Positions 8,784 through 19,148 of a stretch of 64,000 nucleotides of DNA are shown here, one piece after another (position 1 is the stretch's first letter; every line of letters begins with the position of its first letter). This stretch comes from Nitrospinales bacterium (GTDB lineage Bacteria > Nitrospinota > Nitrospinia > Nitrospinales > VA-1). A program made the position numbers and the translations under genes. A model generated the notes under the pieces. The model saw only the letters and a list, made by a program, of their open reading frames with translations, was not told the origin of the DNA and searched no databases. The stretch lies in assembly GCA_965223345.1 (NCBI GenBank), contig CBDCWG010000012.1, positions 2,272,001 to 2,336,000 of the forward strand, given 5' to 3'.

Positions 8784-9881
8784 TTGCGCGACCGCAGCTG
8801 GTTCGCATGGTTTGCTGCCGCCTGGCTGGGCGTTCTTTTTCTGGGAACGGGCTGCATCGGAATCGGCCCCAAATCCGTCAAAAACGACCGCTACAGCTAC
8901 AACACCGAGATTCAAAAATCCAACAACCAGCAGCTGCTGTTGAATCTGGTGCGGCTCAAGTACCGGGACACGCCTTACTTTCTGGAGGTCAGCAGCATCG
9001 CCTCCCAGTTCACCCTGAAATCCAACGCCAATGCGGCGGCGACGCTGCAGGACGGCGTCAAGGGGCTGTTCGGCTTTGGAGCGAAGACGGAGGTGGAGGA
9101 GTCCCCGACCATCACGTACGCGCCGTTGCGCGGCGAGCAGTTCATCACGCGTTTTCTGGCGCAGGTTTCCCTGGAAAGCGTGTTTCTGCTCTTTCAATCG
9201 GGGTGGAACATCGACCAGATTTTGCGTATATGCCTGAACCGCATGGGCAGTTTGAGAAACGCTCCCAGCGCCTCCGGGCCGACGCCGGCCTACGCGCCCG
9301 TCTTCAAGGATTTCGTGCGCGCCTCGCGTCTGATCCGTCAATTGCAGCTCAAAGACGCCCTGACGGTTTCTCTGGAGAGGAACCAGACGGTGCCCGAACT
9401 GGTTTTCGAGGTGAACGGCGGCATGCAGGATTCCGCGGAAGTGATCGTGTTGAACACGCTGCTGGGGCTGCCGCCGGACAACTCCAAATTTATTTTGTCC
9501 ACGGTGACCTCGAACCACGACAGCGAGTCGCGGATTCAGATCTCCACCCGCTCGCTGCTGGGAATCATGTATTACCTGTCGAATGCGGTCGTGCCTCCCA
9601 AAGCCCATCGGGAAGCGGGAAAGATCACCCTGACCCTGGACGGGCAGGGCAAGGAGTTCAATTGGGACGAAGTCACCGGAGACATTCTCAAAATCCCCTC
9701 GCAGCAGGATGAGCCGGCTGCGGCGGCCGTCGCCGTGGACTACCGCGATCACTGGTTCTACATCTACGATTCGGACCTCACTTCCAAATCGACCTTCTCG
9801 CTGCTGGCGCAGATTTTTTCCCTGCAGGCGGGCAATGTGCGCGAGATCGGTCCTCTCTTGACGCTGCCGATCGGCAACTGA
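8784..9881 (+). CDS. Putative lipoprotein of unknown function
   Basis: The ORF is open from 8592. In-frame TTG 8784 gives the signal-like peptide RDRSWFAWFAAAWLGVLFLGTG-C. The start is uncertain. Confidence 0.7.
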   Translation: MRDRSWFAWFAAAWLGVLFLGTGCIGIGPKSVKNDRYSYNTEIQKSNNQQLLLNLVRLKYRDTPYFLEVSSIASQFTLKSNANAAATLQDGVKGLFGFGAKTEVEESPTITYAPLRGEQFITRFLAQVSLESVFLLFQSGWNIDQILRICLNRMGSLRNAPSASGPTPAYAPVFKDFVRASRLIRQLQLKDALTVSLERNQTVPELVFEVNGGMQDSAEVIVLNTLLGLPPDNSKFILSTVTSNHDSESRIQISTRSLLGIMYYLSNAVVPPKAHREAGKITLTLDGQGKEFNWDEVTGDILKIPSQQDEPAAAAVAVDYRDHWFYIYDSDLTSKSTFSLLAQIFSLQAGNVREIGPLLTLPIGN

Positions 9882-9888
9882 CCGCGCG

Positions 9889-11016
9889 TCAGCGGTCTGC
9901 GTTTTCCCCTTTCAATTTTTCCAGCAGTTCCTTTTCAGAAAGCTGAGGCAGGTGCAGGGTGGAGGTGGGGAAGGCGATTTCCGCGCCTTCGTTTTCGATG
10001 ATCTGCATGATTTTGAGCAGCACGTCCTGTTTGATTTCGTGAAACCGCACCCAATTGGTGGTCTTTGTGTAGGTGTACACAAAAAAGTCGAGCGAGGAGG
10101 GGGCGAAGGCGTTGAAGTTGACGATCAGCGTGCGGCTGGTGTCGATCTCTTTGTGCTGCGTCAGCATGTCCTTCACTTTATCGACGATCGCCTGCATTTT
10201 GGGCCCGTCCTCATAGCGGATGCCGACGGTTTCGTAGATCCTGCGGTTTTGCATGCGCGAAGGATTTTCCACGGCGATGGTGGTGAAGGTCGAATTGGGA
10301 ACGTACAACGGCCGCTTGTCGAAGGTGCGGATGCGGGTGAGCCGCCAGCCGATGCTTTCCACGGTCCCCTCGATCTCCCGGTCGGGGGAGCGCACCCAGT
10401 CTCCCACGGCAAAGGGACGGTCTAGGTAAATGGTCAAGCCTCCGAAAAAGTTGGCGAGCAGGTCCTTGGCCGCGAAACCCACGGCGATGCCGCCGATGCC
10501 GCCGAAGGCCAGGACGCCGGAAATGCTGTAGCCCAGCGTTTGCAGGACCACCAGCGCGGCGGTGATGAACACGGACACGCGCAGCAGTTTGGAGATCGCA
10601 TCCACGGTGGTCGGATCCAGGTCGGTTTTTTCAGCCGTTTTCTCATCCGTCAGGAAAGCCTTTTCGGCGTTTTTGATGAAGCGCACGAAAAACCAGGCGA
10701 TGGCGGCGATGATCAGTGTGTCGCGGATCGGCTCGGCTGCTTCCAGCAGGACGGCGCCGGTGGTGCTGCGGATGATGTCGGCGGCCAGAGCGATCCCCGC
10801 GGACCAGATGACGACGCTCAAGGGTTGAGGGATCGCGATCATGAGCGCGTCGTCCCACAGATTTTCGGTTTTCAGGGCGCGCTGATGCAGCCGTTTCAGG
10901 ATGCGGCGTTGAATGTAGTCGAGGAGCAGCGAGCCGAATACGACGATGAATGCCTGGACCAGGTACCCGGACTTGGGGCCGATGAATCCGGTGAGTGCGT
11001 TGAGTGTTGCCTGCAT
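9889..11016 (-). CDS. mscS: Small-conductance mechanosensitive channel (MscS/YnaI-like)
   Basis: GGIGGIAVGFAAKD, RPFAVGDWV, GTVESIGWRLTRIRTFD, VPNS and IAFPT. Likely start MQATL at 11016 (ORF open to 11076). Confidence 0.92.
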   Translation of the reverse strand: MQATLNALTGFIGPKSGYLVQAFIVVFGSLLLDYIQRRILKRLHQRALKTENLWDDALMIAIPQPLSVVIWSAGIALAADIIRSTTGAVLLEAAEPIRDTLIIAAIAWFFVRFIKNAEKAFLTDEKTAEKTDLDPTTVDAISKLLRVSVFITAALVVLQTLGYSISGVLAFGGIGGIAVGFAAKDLLANFFGGLTIYLDRPFAVGDWVRSPDREIEGTVESIGWRLTRIRTFDKRPLYVPNSTFTTIAVENPSRMQNRRIYETVGIRYEDGPKMQAIVDKVKDMLTQHKEIDTSRTLIVNFNAFAPSSLDFFVYTYTKTTNWVRFHEIKQDVLLKIMQIIENEGAEIAFPTSTLHLPQLSEKELLEKLKGENADR

Positions 11017-11473
11017 GCTGTTTGCGTGTCTGTGAGTTTGTGAAGGACGGATGAACCTGTTGCCCGATTTTAGCATTCGTTTTTTTTAATTCCAATCGGC
11101 GGAACCGTCAAATTGCAGCGATCCTGAGATTTTTTTTCGCGGCGCCACCCGCGTTTTCATTGTGAACGGTCTGCACGAAACCGTGGCCGTTGTTCACAAT
11201 CGTTTGTTGTGTGTTATACTCTTTTCTGCCGGAGCGATTCTTCTGATTGTTCGTTCACCTGTCTGATTTCTTTTTCGTTTTCTTATTTTCATTCGCATCG
11301 AATTTTTGTTTCCCTGTGTCCTTTCGGGCCATTGAATTGCGGCCTGCAGGAGGCGGGGGGACCGTTCTCGCTGTTTCTCCGGTTGCGTCCGGCCGGTAAA
11401 CGTCTTTGACCCGCATTCGCTTTGGAGGTTTGTCCTGTCCAAGGCGCCAACCTTTTCGGAGAGATTCCCCGCT

Positions 11474-12631
11474 ATGAATATGGACCTGCCGTTTCACCGT
11501 TCCTGGTTCGAGGAGGATGAGATCAACGAGGTGGTGGACACCCTGCGTTCGGGCTGGCTGACCACCGGTCCCAAGACCCAGCGCTTTGAGGAGGTGTTCA
11601 AGGACTACATCGGCTGCAAGCACGCGGTGGCGCTGAACTCCTGCACGGCGGGGCTGCATCTGGCGCTGGCGTCGATGGGCTTTACGGAGGGTTCGGAGGT
11701 GATCACGACGCCGATGACGTTTCCCGCGACGTCGAACATCATTCTGCACGAGCGGCTGAAACCGGTTTTCGTCGATATCGAACCGGGGACGCTCACCCTC
11801 GATGCGAGCGGGATCGAAGAAAAAATCACGCCGCGCACGGTGGCGATCCTGCCGGTGCATTTTGCGGGGCACCCCTGCGACATGGATGTGATCCAGGACA
11901 TCGCCGCCCGCCACAACCTGGCGCTGATCGAGGATGCTGCGCACGGACTGGAAACCGGGTACAAGGGCCGGAAGATCGGCAACCTGGGCAATCCCACTTC
12001 CTTCAGTTTTTACGCGAACAAGAACATCACCACCGGAGAGGGCGGGATGCTGGTCACCAACGACGACGCGCTGGCGGACAAGGTGCGCGAGATGCGGTTG
12101 CAGGGGCTCAGCAAGGACGCGTGGAAACGCTACGGCAAGGAAAAATTTTCACACTGGGAGCTGCAGGCGCCCGGATTCAAATACAACATGCCGGACATCA
12201 ACGCCGCCCTGGGAATCCACCAGCTCAAGCGGGTGAACGATTTCCTCGATCTGCGCAAGCGCTATGTGGCCCTGTACGACGAGGCGTTCCATGCCGTGCC
12301 GGAGGTGGAAACCCTGCTCACGCGCGATTACGCATCGCACGCGCACCACATCTACATCATCGCTCTGAGGCTGGAACGGTTGACCGTGTCGCGCAACGAG
12401 TTTCTCACCGAACTGCAGGGGCAGGGGATCGGCGCGGCGGTGCACTATGTGGCGCTGCACCTGCAACCGTTTTACCGCCGCAATTTCCACACCCGTCCGC
12501 AGGATCTCCCCATCGCGTCGGATTATTCGGAACGGGTGGTGACGCTGCCTTTGTATCCCAAAATGTCGGCCGCGGATGTGAACCGGGTGATCGAGGTGGT
12601 GACCGGGCTCATCGCCAAGTTCCGCCGCTGA
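11474..12631 (+). CDS. DegT/DnrJ/EryC1/StrS PLP-dependent sugar aminotransferase
   Basis: SGWLTTGP, NSCTAGLHLAL, IEDAAH and SFYANKNITTGEGG (PLP Lys). Confidence 0.93.
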   Translation: MNMDLPFHRSWFEEDEINEVVDTLRSGWLTTGPKTQRFEEVFKDYIGCKHAVALNSCTAGLHLALASMGFTEGSEVITTPMTFPATSNIILHERLKPVFVDIEPGTLTLDASGIEEKITPRTVAILPVHFAGHPCDMDVIQDIAARHNLALIEDAAHGLETGYKGRKIGNLGNPTSFSFYANKNITTGEGGMLVTNDDALADKVREMRLQGLSKDAWKRYGKEKFSHWELQAPGFKYNMPDINAALGIHQLKRVNDFLDLRKRYVALYDEAFHAVPEVETLLTRDYASHAHHIYIIALRLERLTVSRNEFLTELQGQGIGAAVHYVALHLQPFYRRNFHTRPQDLPIASDYSERVVTLPLYPKMSAADVNRVIEVVTGLIAKFRR

Positions 12632-12640
12632 GCCTGAGCG

Positions 12641-12700
12641 AAAGCAAAAAGAAAGGGGGAGCCGGATCCGATCGATCCCGCTCCCCCTGTTTTATTTCTT
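12641..12700. terminator. Bidirectional rho-independent terminator between the DegT gene and wzc
   Basis: AGGGGGAGC...GCTCCCCCT stem with an A-run before and a T-run after. Confidence 0.75.
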
Positions 12701-12718
12701 GGCTTTTTGATGCCGCTG

Positions 12719-15076
12719 TCAGGCTGAGACCACTTTCCTCTTTTTCATATCCATATTGGAGTAGTAGTCCTGGAAGTACTTGCGATGGTACTCGTAGTAA
12801 TCGTCGCGGTGGAACTTCACCTTGTTGAGCACCACACCGAAGATCCTGGATTTCGGGGCGGATTTCAGCAGCATGTTGCTGTTGGAATGCGATCCGTTCG
12901 AATGCCGTGCCGGGACCGGCCGGTTGGACCCATAGCGGAAGCTGTTGTCGGATGAAGCCGCCGACAGCTGCTTGAGCGTTCGCTTGATCAGATCCTTGTC
13001 CTTCATGCCGGAGCCGATGACGAACATCACGCCGTCGCAGAGCTGCGCCGCAACGGACACGTACGAGAAGGCCAGCGCCGGGGGCGTGTCGATCAGCACC
13101 ACGTCGAAGGTCTTCTTGACGGCGCCCAGAAACTTCTGGAACAGCCCGTAGTTGATGGTGTCGGTGAACTTGCGGGTCAGTGCGCCGCGGGGCAGGATGT
13201 AGACGCCGTCGATACCGGTTTTCAGATAGATCTCGTCCAGCTTGCCGTTTTCGGAACCCTTGTGGTTGACCAGCCGGTCGAACAGTTTCGGGTTTTCCAG
13301 CACATCGATGAAGCCGGGGTGCTTGAACGTGTTCAGGTTGGTGAACACGGAGCTGACCTTGGGCCGCACGAAGTCGGCGTCGATGATCAGGACGCGTTTG
13401 TTTTCCTGGGCGAACGTGGCCGCAAGGTTGGTGACGATGGTGGTCTTGCCTTCCTTGGGCGTCGAGCTGGAAACCATCAGCACCTTGTTCTGGTCGATGA
13501 ATCCGTTGAGCATCAGGTTGGTTTTGACCGTCCGGAACTCTTCGGCGACGAAGGAGTTGATGTTGTTCACCGCCGGCAGGGGCAGGTCTTTCTTGCCGAT
13601 GACGCCCACCGCTCCGAGGAACGGGAAGGGGATCTGCCGGACCACGTCTTCGACGCTGATCATGGATTTTTTCATTCTTTCAGAAACGATGGTCCAGAAG
13701 CTGCCTCCCAACAGACCCAGCATGAGGCAGAGGGAAATGATGAAGGTCTTCTTCGGCTTGATGGGCTTGTAGGGAATCTCCGCCCGGTCCACCACCTGGA
13801 TCGCACTTTCGTTGCTGTAAGAGGCGATGTCGATTTCCTTGAACCGTTTCAACAGATCGTTGTGCAGGATCTTGTTGGTCTCGAATTCGTCGTTGAGCGC
13901 GTTGAAGGTGAACTCTTCGTTGTCCATCTTCATGATCTTGTTTTTCTCGGTCTGCATCGCATTGCGTAGCGACTCTTCGTGGACCACGGTTCCGCGGTAA
14001 TCGATGTCGATGGAAGCGATCAGGCGATCGATCTCAGAGGGGATCTTCTCTTCGATCTGGCTTTTCTTCTGATCCAGCAGCTGCAACCGCGGATGCCGTA
14101 CGCTGTACTGGGTGGTCAAATCTTCGTACTCGCTGACGATCTGAGCGTACTGGGTGATGAGATTGGTGATCTCGATCGTTTTCACGTCATCCGGGAGCGA
14201 CTGCAAAAGTCCGAGGGGATCCTGTTTCAGCTTCTCCAAAAGCTCCTTCAAGGTCTGCAGGCGCAGCTGTTCGGTCTGCACGGTGCGGATCTCATCCTGG
14301 TATTTGCTGAGGTTCTGCGCGGAGATCTCGCGGTTCTGCCGGAAATCGATGATGTTGTTTCGTTTGCGGAATTTGGCCAGTTTCAGCTCGGCCTTTTTCA
14401 TCTTGTCCTTCAACTCCGTCAGCTTCTCCACCATCCATTTTTCCGAACCGCCCAGAATCTGGGTCCGGCGTTCGATGTTTCTCTGGATCACGGTGTCGAG
14501 GAACTTGTTGGTGATCTCCGTGATCATGACAGGGTTGTAACCCTGAAAGCGCACGTTGACGACGTGGCTCTGGGTGATGGGAGAAATGATCAGCCGGCGC
14601 AGGAAACTGTCCACCATCTCCGTTGCGGGATCTTTGGGGATATTGGTGAGCGGGCTTTCCTCCTTCTCGGGCAGCAGGTTTTCAATGAGGCCGCGCACCG
14701 TCTGTTTGATGCCGCTCAAATCGACCAGCGGCGGCTTCGGCTTGAATTCCTCGCTGTCGAGCAGGTTCAAATCGTCGATGACCCGTTTGGCGAGCGACCG
14801 GCTTTTCAGCATGGCATACTGGGTCTTGTAATAGTCGGTCTTGGTCGGATCCAGTTCCTCAAAACCTTTGGTTTTGTCGGTGAACGCGTCGGGGGTTTTG
14901 GTTCCGATCAACACGATGGCTTCGGTTTCGTATACCGGGGTCTGGCTGAAGGAATAGATGGTGCCAACGATTCCGAAAATCAGCACAAAGCAGAGGATGG
15001 TCAGCTTGCGCCGATTGATGATCTGGAACAATTCCTGGATGTTGATTTCCTGCTGGTTTTGAGGAACCTGGTTCAT
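12719..15076 (-). CDS. wzc: Polysaccharide co-polymerase / tyrosine autokinase Wzc (GumC family)
   Basis: Two TM helices flank a coiled-coil periplasmic domain. Walker A SSTPKEGKTT, IIDAD, VLIDTPP and a C-terminal Tyr cluster DDYYEYHRKYFQDYY. Confidence 0.93.
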   Translation of the reverse strand: MNQVPQNQQEINIQELFQIINRRKLTILCFVLIFGIVGTIYSFSQTPVYETEAIVLIGTKTPDAFTDKTKGFEELDPTKTDYYKTQYAMLKSRSLAKRVIDDLNLLDSEEFKPKPPLVDLSGIKQTVRGLIENLLPEKEESPLTNIPKDPATEMVDSFLRRLIISPITQSHVVNVRFQGYNPVMITEITNKFLDTVIQRNIERRTQILGGSEKWMVEKLTELKDKMKKAELKLAKFRKRNNIIDFRQNREISAQNLSKYQDEIRTVQTEQLRLQTLKELLEKLKQDPLGLLQSLPDDVKTIEITNLITQYAQIVSEYEDLTTQYSVRHPRLQLLDQKKSQIEEKIPSEIDRLIASIDIDYRGTVVHEESLRNAMQTEKNKIMKMDNEEFTFNALNDEFETNKILHNDLLKRFKEIDIASYSNESAIQVVDRAEIPYKPIKPKKTFIISLCLMLGLLGGSFWTIVSERMKKSMISVEDVVRQIPFPFLGAVGVIGKKDLPLPAVNNINSFVAEEFRTVKTNLMLNGFIDQNKVLMVSSSTPKEGKTTIVTNLAATFAQENKRVLIIDADFVRPKVSSVFTNLNTFKHPGFIDVLENPKLFDRLVNHKGSENGKLDEIYLKTGIDGVYILPRGALTRKFTDTINYGLFQKFLGAVKKTFDVVLIDTPPALAFSYVSVAAQLCDGVMFVIGSGMKDKDLIKRTLKQLSAASSDNSFRYGSNRPVPARHSNGSHSNSNMLLKSAPKSRIFGVVLNKVKFHRDDYYEYHRKYFQDYYSNMDMKKRKVVSA

Positions 15077-15816
15077 TTAAAACCTCATGCCATATGGTTG
15101 ATGGGAAATAAGTCTAACTTTCCAGCCAGAGGGCGAGATACTTTCACCTCATCCTTGGTTCTGCGCCAGCCCGCAAATTTGTTAGACTTAAAAGAGAAGG
15201 TTTTCATTGGAAAGAAGACACGGCTGCATAGATTTTCACTATCAGTAACTATCTTGATATGGGTGAATGCCGCCGTCTTTCCCTCAGAAATAATTACATT
15301 AACATATTCCCTTTTTCGTCCCAAAACTTTTTGGGGCTCGGAGCAGCGAATTTTTTCTCAAAAATTTCCAGCCGATTTTGCTCCCCTCAGTAAGCACTTC
15401 TTAATGATTGAAACCATTTTGCCAACCTCTCCGAACCGGGGTTCGGATTTACCGAGGGGGAATTCTCCACTAGGATAAGAAATCAATATTACGGATTGGT
15501 GCAGGGAAGGTCACAAATTCGCCACGTTTGCACCGGATTTTTTTCGTTTCCCCGCACCGGTAACTTCATTCGAAACTAATTGAAAAAACGTAAGTTACTT
15601 ATTGAAGATCAGGCTGTCATAAGTGTATGACTTGACTCTTCCGCTTTTCCGTATTGTTTTTGACCCGAGACTAAAAATTCAATGCGGCTGTTTGGGTTTT
15701 ATTTATATAAGGTTATTTGTGTGTTTGGGTGCAAGCGGCTTTCCGGCCGGCAGCTTGTACGAGGCGTTGTTCAGAAACTTCAGTATCTATGAATGTCATT
15801 GAGTGTAAATGAATGG

Positions 15817-17094
15817 TCATGCCTTGCCGTTTTCGACCCGGCTCACCAATCCCACCGAAAGGGCTTTCTCGGCGATGGCGTGCAGGGTTTCCAGGTCCAC
15901 GCCGCTTTTGGTGTGGATGTCCAGCAGCGAATGGGTGCCGTCGCTCATGAGAAAGAAGTAATTGGTCCCCAAAAAACGATTGCGGTCCACGGCCGGGCTC
16001 ACGTACATGTTGTGCTTGTCCAGCTTGGGTTCGCCTTTGATGAGAACCTTGTACCGTTCGTTCATTTCCAGGTTCTGCACCGCCCGCCAATAGACCCGGA
16101 CCGACTCCTGCATGGCCTCTTCGGTCACGAAATCGAGATTGTCCAAAGACGTGTGGTACTCGGGATATTCCATGTACGGGGAGCGCATGAGCGATCCCAT
16201 CGGCATCCGAAAGCCGGGCGAGTTGTAATGCCCCTCGTCGCCGCCCCAGGGCCAGAAGTCCCGCACCACGTGATCGGCCTTCTCCCATTCAAGGGCGGCG
16301 ATCATGGCTTTGTCCACTTCGTGGTCTCCCTGGTAGGTCTTTTTGTAGTTCATTTTTCCTTTATCGCCCAGACAGGCGTACACATAGCCTCCGGCCACTT
16401 TCGCGACCCAGTCCGGATTGTTGTACAGGTAGGTGATGGAGCCGATGGTGCCCGGCAGGATCAGAAGCCGGTAGGAGTATTTCCGCCTGGGCAGCTCGAG
16501 CAGTTTTTTCGCGACGGCGACCGAAACCAGGGTGCTGGACAGACCGTCGTTGGCCTGGGCGGGATGGCAGTTGTAGCTGGAGAAGACGATCTCCTTTTCA
16601 CTTTCTCCGGGCAGATACCATTCGCCGATACGCAGCACGCCTTTTTTGAGTTCGGATTCGATGCAGACTTCGTACTCCGCGTCTGGGTTCTTCGCCATCT
16701 CCTGGAGCTGATTGTGGCTGATGCAGAAACCCCAGTTGCGCCGGTAAAATGAGGTGCGAAAGGGCACGGCGTCCGGGAGGTCTTTGACGGTATGAAGATG
16801 GTCCTTGAGTTTGGCAAACGGCATCGTTTCGTGGATGGGGGTGCTGTAGCTCATCACATGCAGGCTGTTTTTCTTGAAATCGACCACGCGGTTGCCGCTG
16901 GAATCCTTGATCCACGCATCGGTGATGTTCCATTCATCCGGGACGGTCCATTCGAAACACTCCTGGCCGCTGGGATATTCGCGGATGGTGAGGTCGAGTT
17001 CGCGGGACAGGATTTCCAGGCTTTGCTTGAAGCCGTCTCCTGTGATGCTTCGGTATATGGGAAACAATTCCCGCATGAGGGGCATGAGTTTCAT
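15817..17094 (-). CDS. DUF4910-like (peptidase-M28-fold, C-terminal wHTH) protein, copy 2
   Basis: LFPIYRSITGDG, WTVPDEWNI, TSFYRRNWGFC, CHPAQAND, YHTSLD and SDGTHSLLDI match this family as recalled. Confidence 0.85.
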   Translation of the reverse strand: MKLMPLMRELFPIYRSITGDGFKQSLEILSRELDLTIREYPSGQECFEWTVPDEWNITDAWIKDSSGNRVVDFKKNSLHVMSYSTPIHETMPFAKLKDHLHTVKDLPDAVPFRTSFYRRNWGFCISHNQLQEMAKNPDAEYEVCIESELKKGVLRIGEWYLPGESEKEIVFSSYNCHPAQANDGLSSTLVSVAVAKKLLELPRRKYSYRLLILPGTIGSITYLYNNPDWVAKVAGGYVYACLGDKGKMNYKKTYQGDHEVDKAMIAALEWEKADHVVRDFWPWGGDEGHYNSPGFRMPMGSLMRSPYMEYPEYHTSLDNLDFVTEEAMQESVRVYWRAVQNLEMNERYKVLIKGEPKLDKHNMYVSPAVDRNRFLGTNYFFLMSDGTHSLLDIHTKSGVDLETLHAIAEKALSVGLVSRVENGKA

Positions 17095-17167
17095 CGATGT
17101 GCGCCTTTCGTGAGCCAGTCACACGGGCCTTGACGCGAAAGCGCGCCGCCCCGGTGTGTTTTTCGTA

Positions 17168-17701
17168 TCAGGATTGGACGGTGCTGCTGTGATTTCGATC
17201 TTTTTCGGAAAGGATCTTGGTCTGCAGCGGCCATTCGATGCCGAACTCCGGGCTGTTCCAGGCCACGCCCCGGTTCGACTCCGGATGAAAGAATTCCGAC
17301 ATCTGGTAAAACACTTCCGTGTTGTCCTCAAGCGTCTGAAAGCCGTGCGCGAATCCTTTGGGAATGTACAGGGCCTTGCGGTTTTCGGCGGTCAGTTCCA
17401 CACCCAGCCATTGCCGGTACGTGGGCGAGGCTTCCCGAAGATCGACGATGACATCGAAGATCGCGCCCCGGGTCACGCGCACGAGTTTTTCCTCTTCATG
17501 CGGAGGAGCCTGGTAATGCAGACCACGCAGGGTGCCCTTCGCCTTATTCAGCGAAATGTTGCACTGTGCGATCTCGGGGTTGAGTCCCCGCTCTTCGAAT
17601 TCCCTGCGGCAGAACGCGCGGGCAAAAAAACCCCGGTTGTCTGTGATGGGTTCCGGCTCGATGATGAACGCCCCTTTGAGGCGTGTTTCTGTGAATTTCA
17701 T
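17168..17701 (-). CDS. rfbC: NDP-4-keto-6-deoxyhexose 3,5-epimerase (RmlC/RfbC family)
   Basis: DNRGFFAR, GTLRGLHYQ, DVIVDLR, GFAHGFQTL and LSEKD. Confidence 0.93.
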   Translation of the reverse strand: MKFTETRLKGAFIIEPEPITDNRGFFARAFCRREFEERGLNPEIAQCNISLNKAKGTLRGLHYQAPPHEEEKLVRVTRGAIFDVIVDLREASPTYRQWLGVELTAENRKALYIPKGFAHGFQTLEDNTEVFYQMSEFFHPESNRGVAWNSPEFGIEWPLQTKILSEKDRNHSSTVQS

Positions 17702-17754
17702 GAATCAGTTCGCCACGGTTTTGCAGAAGAGAGGAGGGCGGTCCTTCCTGTCGC

Positions 17755-19143
17755 TCAAAGCCGTTCCACGAGACCCGCGGAATGGGCTTTTTTTGCAATA
17801 GTTGCCAATGTTTTCATGGGAACGCCGCATTCGGCGTGGATGTCCAACAACGAATGCGCGCCGTCGCTCATGTGAAAGAAATACTGGGTTCCCCAGAAAA
17901 GATCCGGATCTCCCGATGGACCGACGTACATATTGTGCTTGTCCAGCTTGGGCTCTCCGGAGAAGGTGACGCGGTAGGTTGCGTTCATCTCCAGATTGCA
18001 CAGGGCCTGAACGTAAACTCTGAGCGATCCCTGCAACGCCTCCTCGGAGACGAATTCCAGGTCGTCTTTCGAGGTGTGGTATTGCGGAAATTCCATGAAC
18101 GGGGTGCGCATGAGAGACCCGACGGGAATGCGGAATCCGGGGGCGCTGTACTGGGTTTCGTCCCCACCCCAGGGCCAGAACTTTCTCACCTCATGATCCA
18201 CGTCTTCCGAATTCAGGGCGCTGATCATGGCCTTGTCGATTTCATGGTTTCCGAGAAACGTTTTCTTGTAATTGAATTTTCCACTATCGCCCAGACAGGC
18301 GAGGACGTAGCCGCCCTCCAGCCGTTTCAGCCAGTCCCGGTGATTGAAGATGTAGGTGATGCAGCCGATGGTCGCGGGCAAGAGCAGGATGCGATAGGAA
18401 TAGCGGCGGTTTTTCCACTTGCTGATCTCTCTCGCCAGGGCGGTGGCCACAATGGCGCCGGAAAGGCCGTCGTTTGCCTGCGCCGGATGATCGTTGTGCG
18501 CGGAGATGAGGATTTCGCGGTCCGTTTCTCCGGGCAAAAAACACTCGCCGATCCGCATCACGCCCGGTTTCAGTTCCGAATCGATGCACACTTCGTACCG
18601 GGCATCCGGTTTTTTCTCCATCTTCGCGAGCTGCGCGTGCGTCAGGCAGAATCCCCAGGTTCTCTTGTAATACGAGGTGCGATAGGGAACCGCGTCGGGA
18701 TCCTCGGGCAGGGAATGCAGGTGCGGCCTGAGTTCTGAAAACCGCATGACGGCGTGCACCGGCACGCTGTAACCGACGACATGCAGGCCGGATTGCCTGA
18801 AATCGACGATCCGGTTTCCCGCCGTGTCCTTGATGTAAGCGTCGCGGATGTTCCACTCGTCGGGCACGGTCCATTCGAAACAGTGCAGGCCGGAGGGATA
18901 TTCCAGAATATTCAGGTCGATCTCGCGGGCGAGGATTTTGAGACTTTTGCGGAAACCCTCACCGGTGATGCTTCTGCAGATGGGAAACAACTCGCGCAGC
19001 AGCGGCATCATCTGCAGCGGACCCGTGTCTTCTTTGCGCTCTTTGACCGGGCGAAAAGACGCCGGTGCGCTCCGGTGAGGCCGGTGTATCCGGCTCCACC
19101 GAAAACCGCCCGACTGCGTTTTCATAATCTGGAACATGCCCAT
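17755..19143 (-). CDS. DUF4910-like protein, copy 1
   Basis: Paralog of 15817-17094 (LFPICRSITGEG, TSYYKRTWGFC, DHPAQAND, YHTSKD). Start is 19143 or 19011. Confidence 0.85.
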   Translation of the reverse strand: MGMFQIMKTQSGGFRWSRIHRPHRSAPASFRPVKERKEDTGPLQMMPLLRELFPICRSITGEGFRKSLKILAREIDLNILEYPSGLHCFEWTVPDEWNIRDAYIKDTAGNRIVDFRQSGLHVVGYSVPVHAVMRFSELRPHLHSLPEDPDAVPYRTSYYKRTWGFCLTHAQLAKMEKKPDARYEVCIDSELKPGVMRIGECFLPGETDREILISAHNDHPAQANDGLSGAIVATALAREISKWKNRRYSYRILLLPATIGCITYIFNHRDWLKRLEGGYVLACLGDSGKFNYKKTFLGNHEIDKAMISALNSEDVDHEVRKFWPWGGDETQYSAPGFRIPVGSLMRTPFMEFPQYHTSKDDLEFVSEEALQGSLRVYVQALCNLEMNATYRVTFSGEPKLDKHNMYVGPSGDPDLFWGTQYFFHMSDGAHSLLDIHAECGVPMKTLATIAKKAHSAGLVERL

Positions 19144-19148
19144 GGCTG

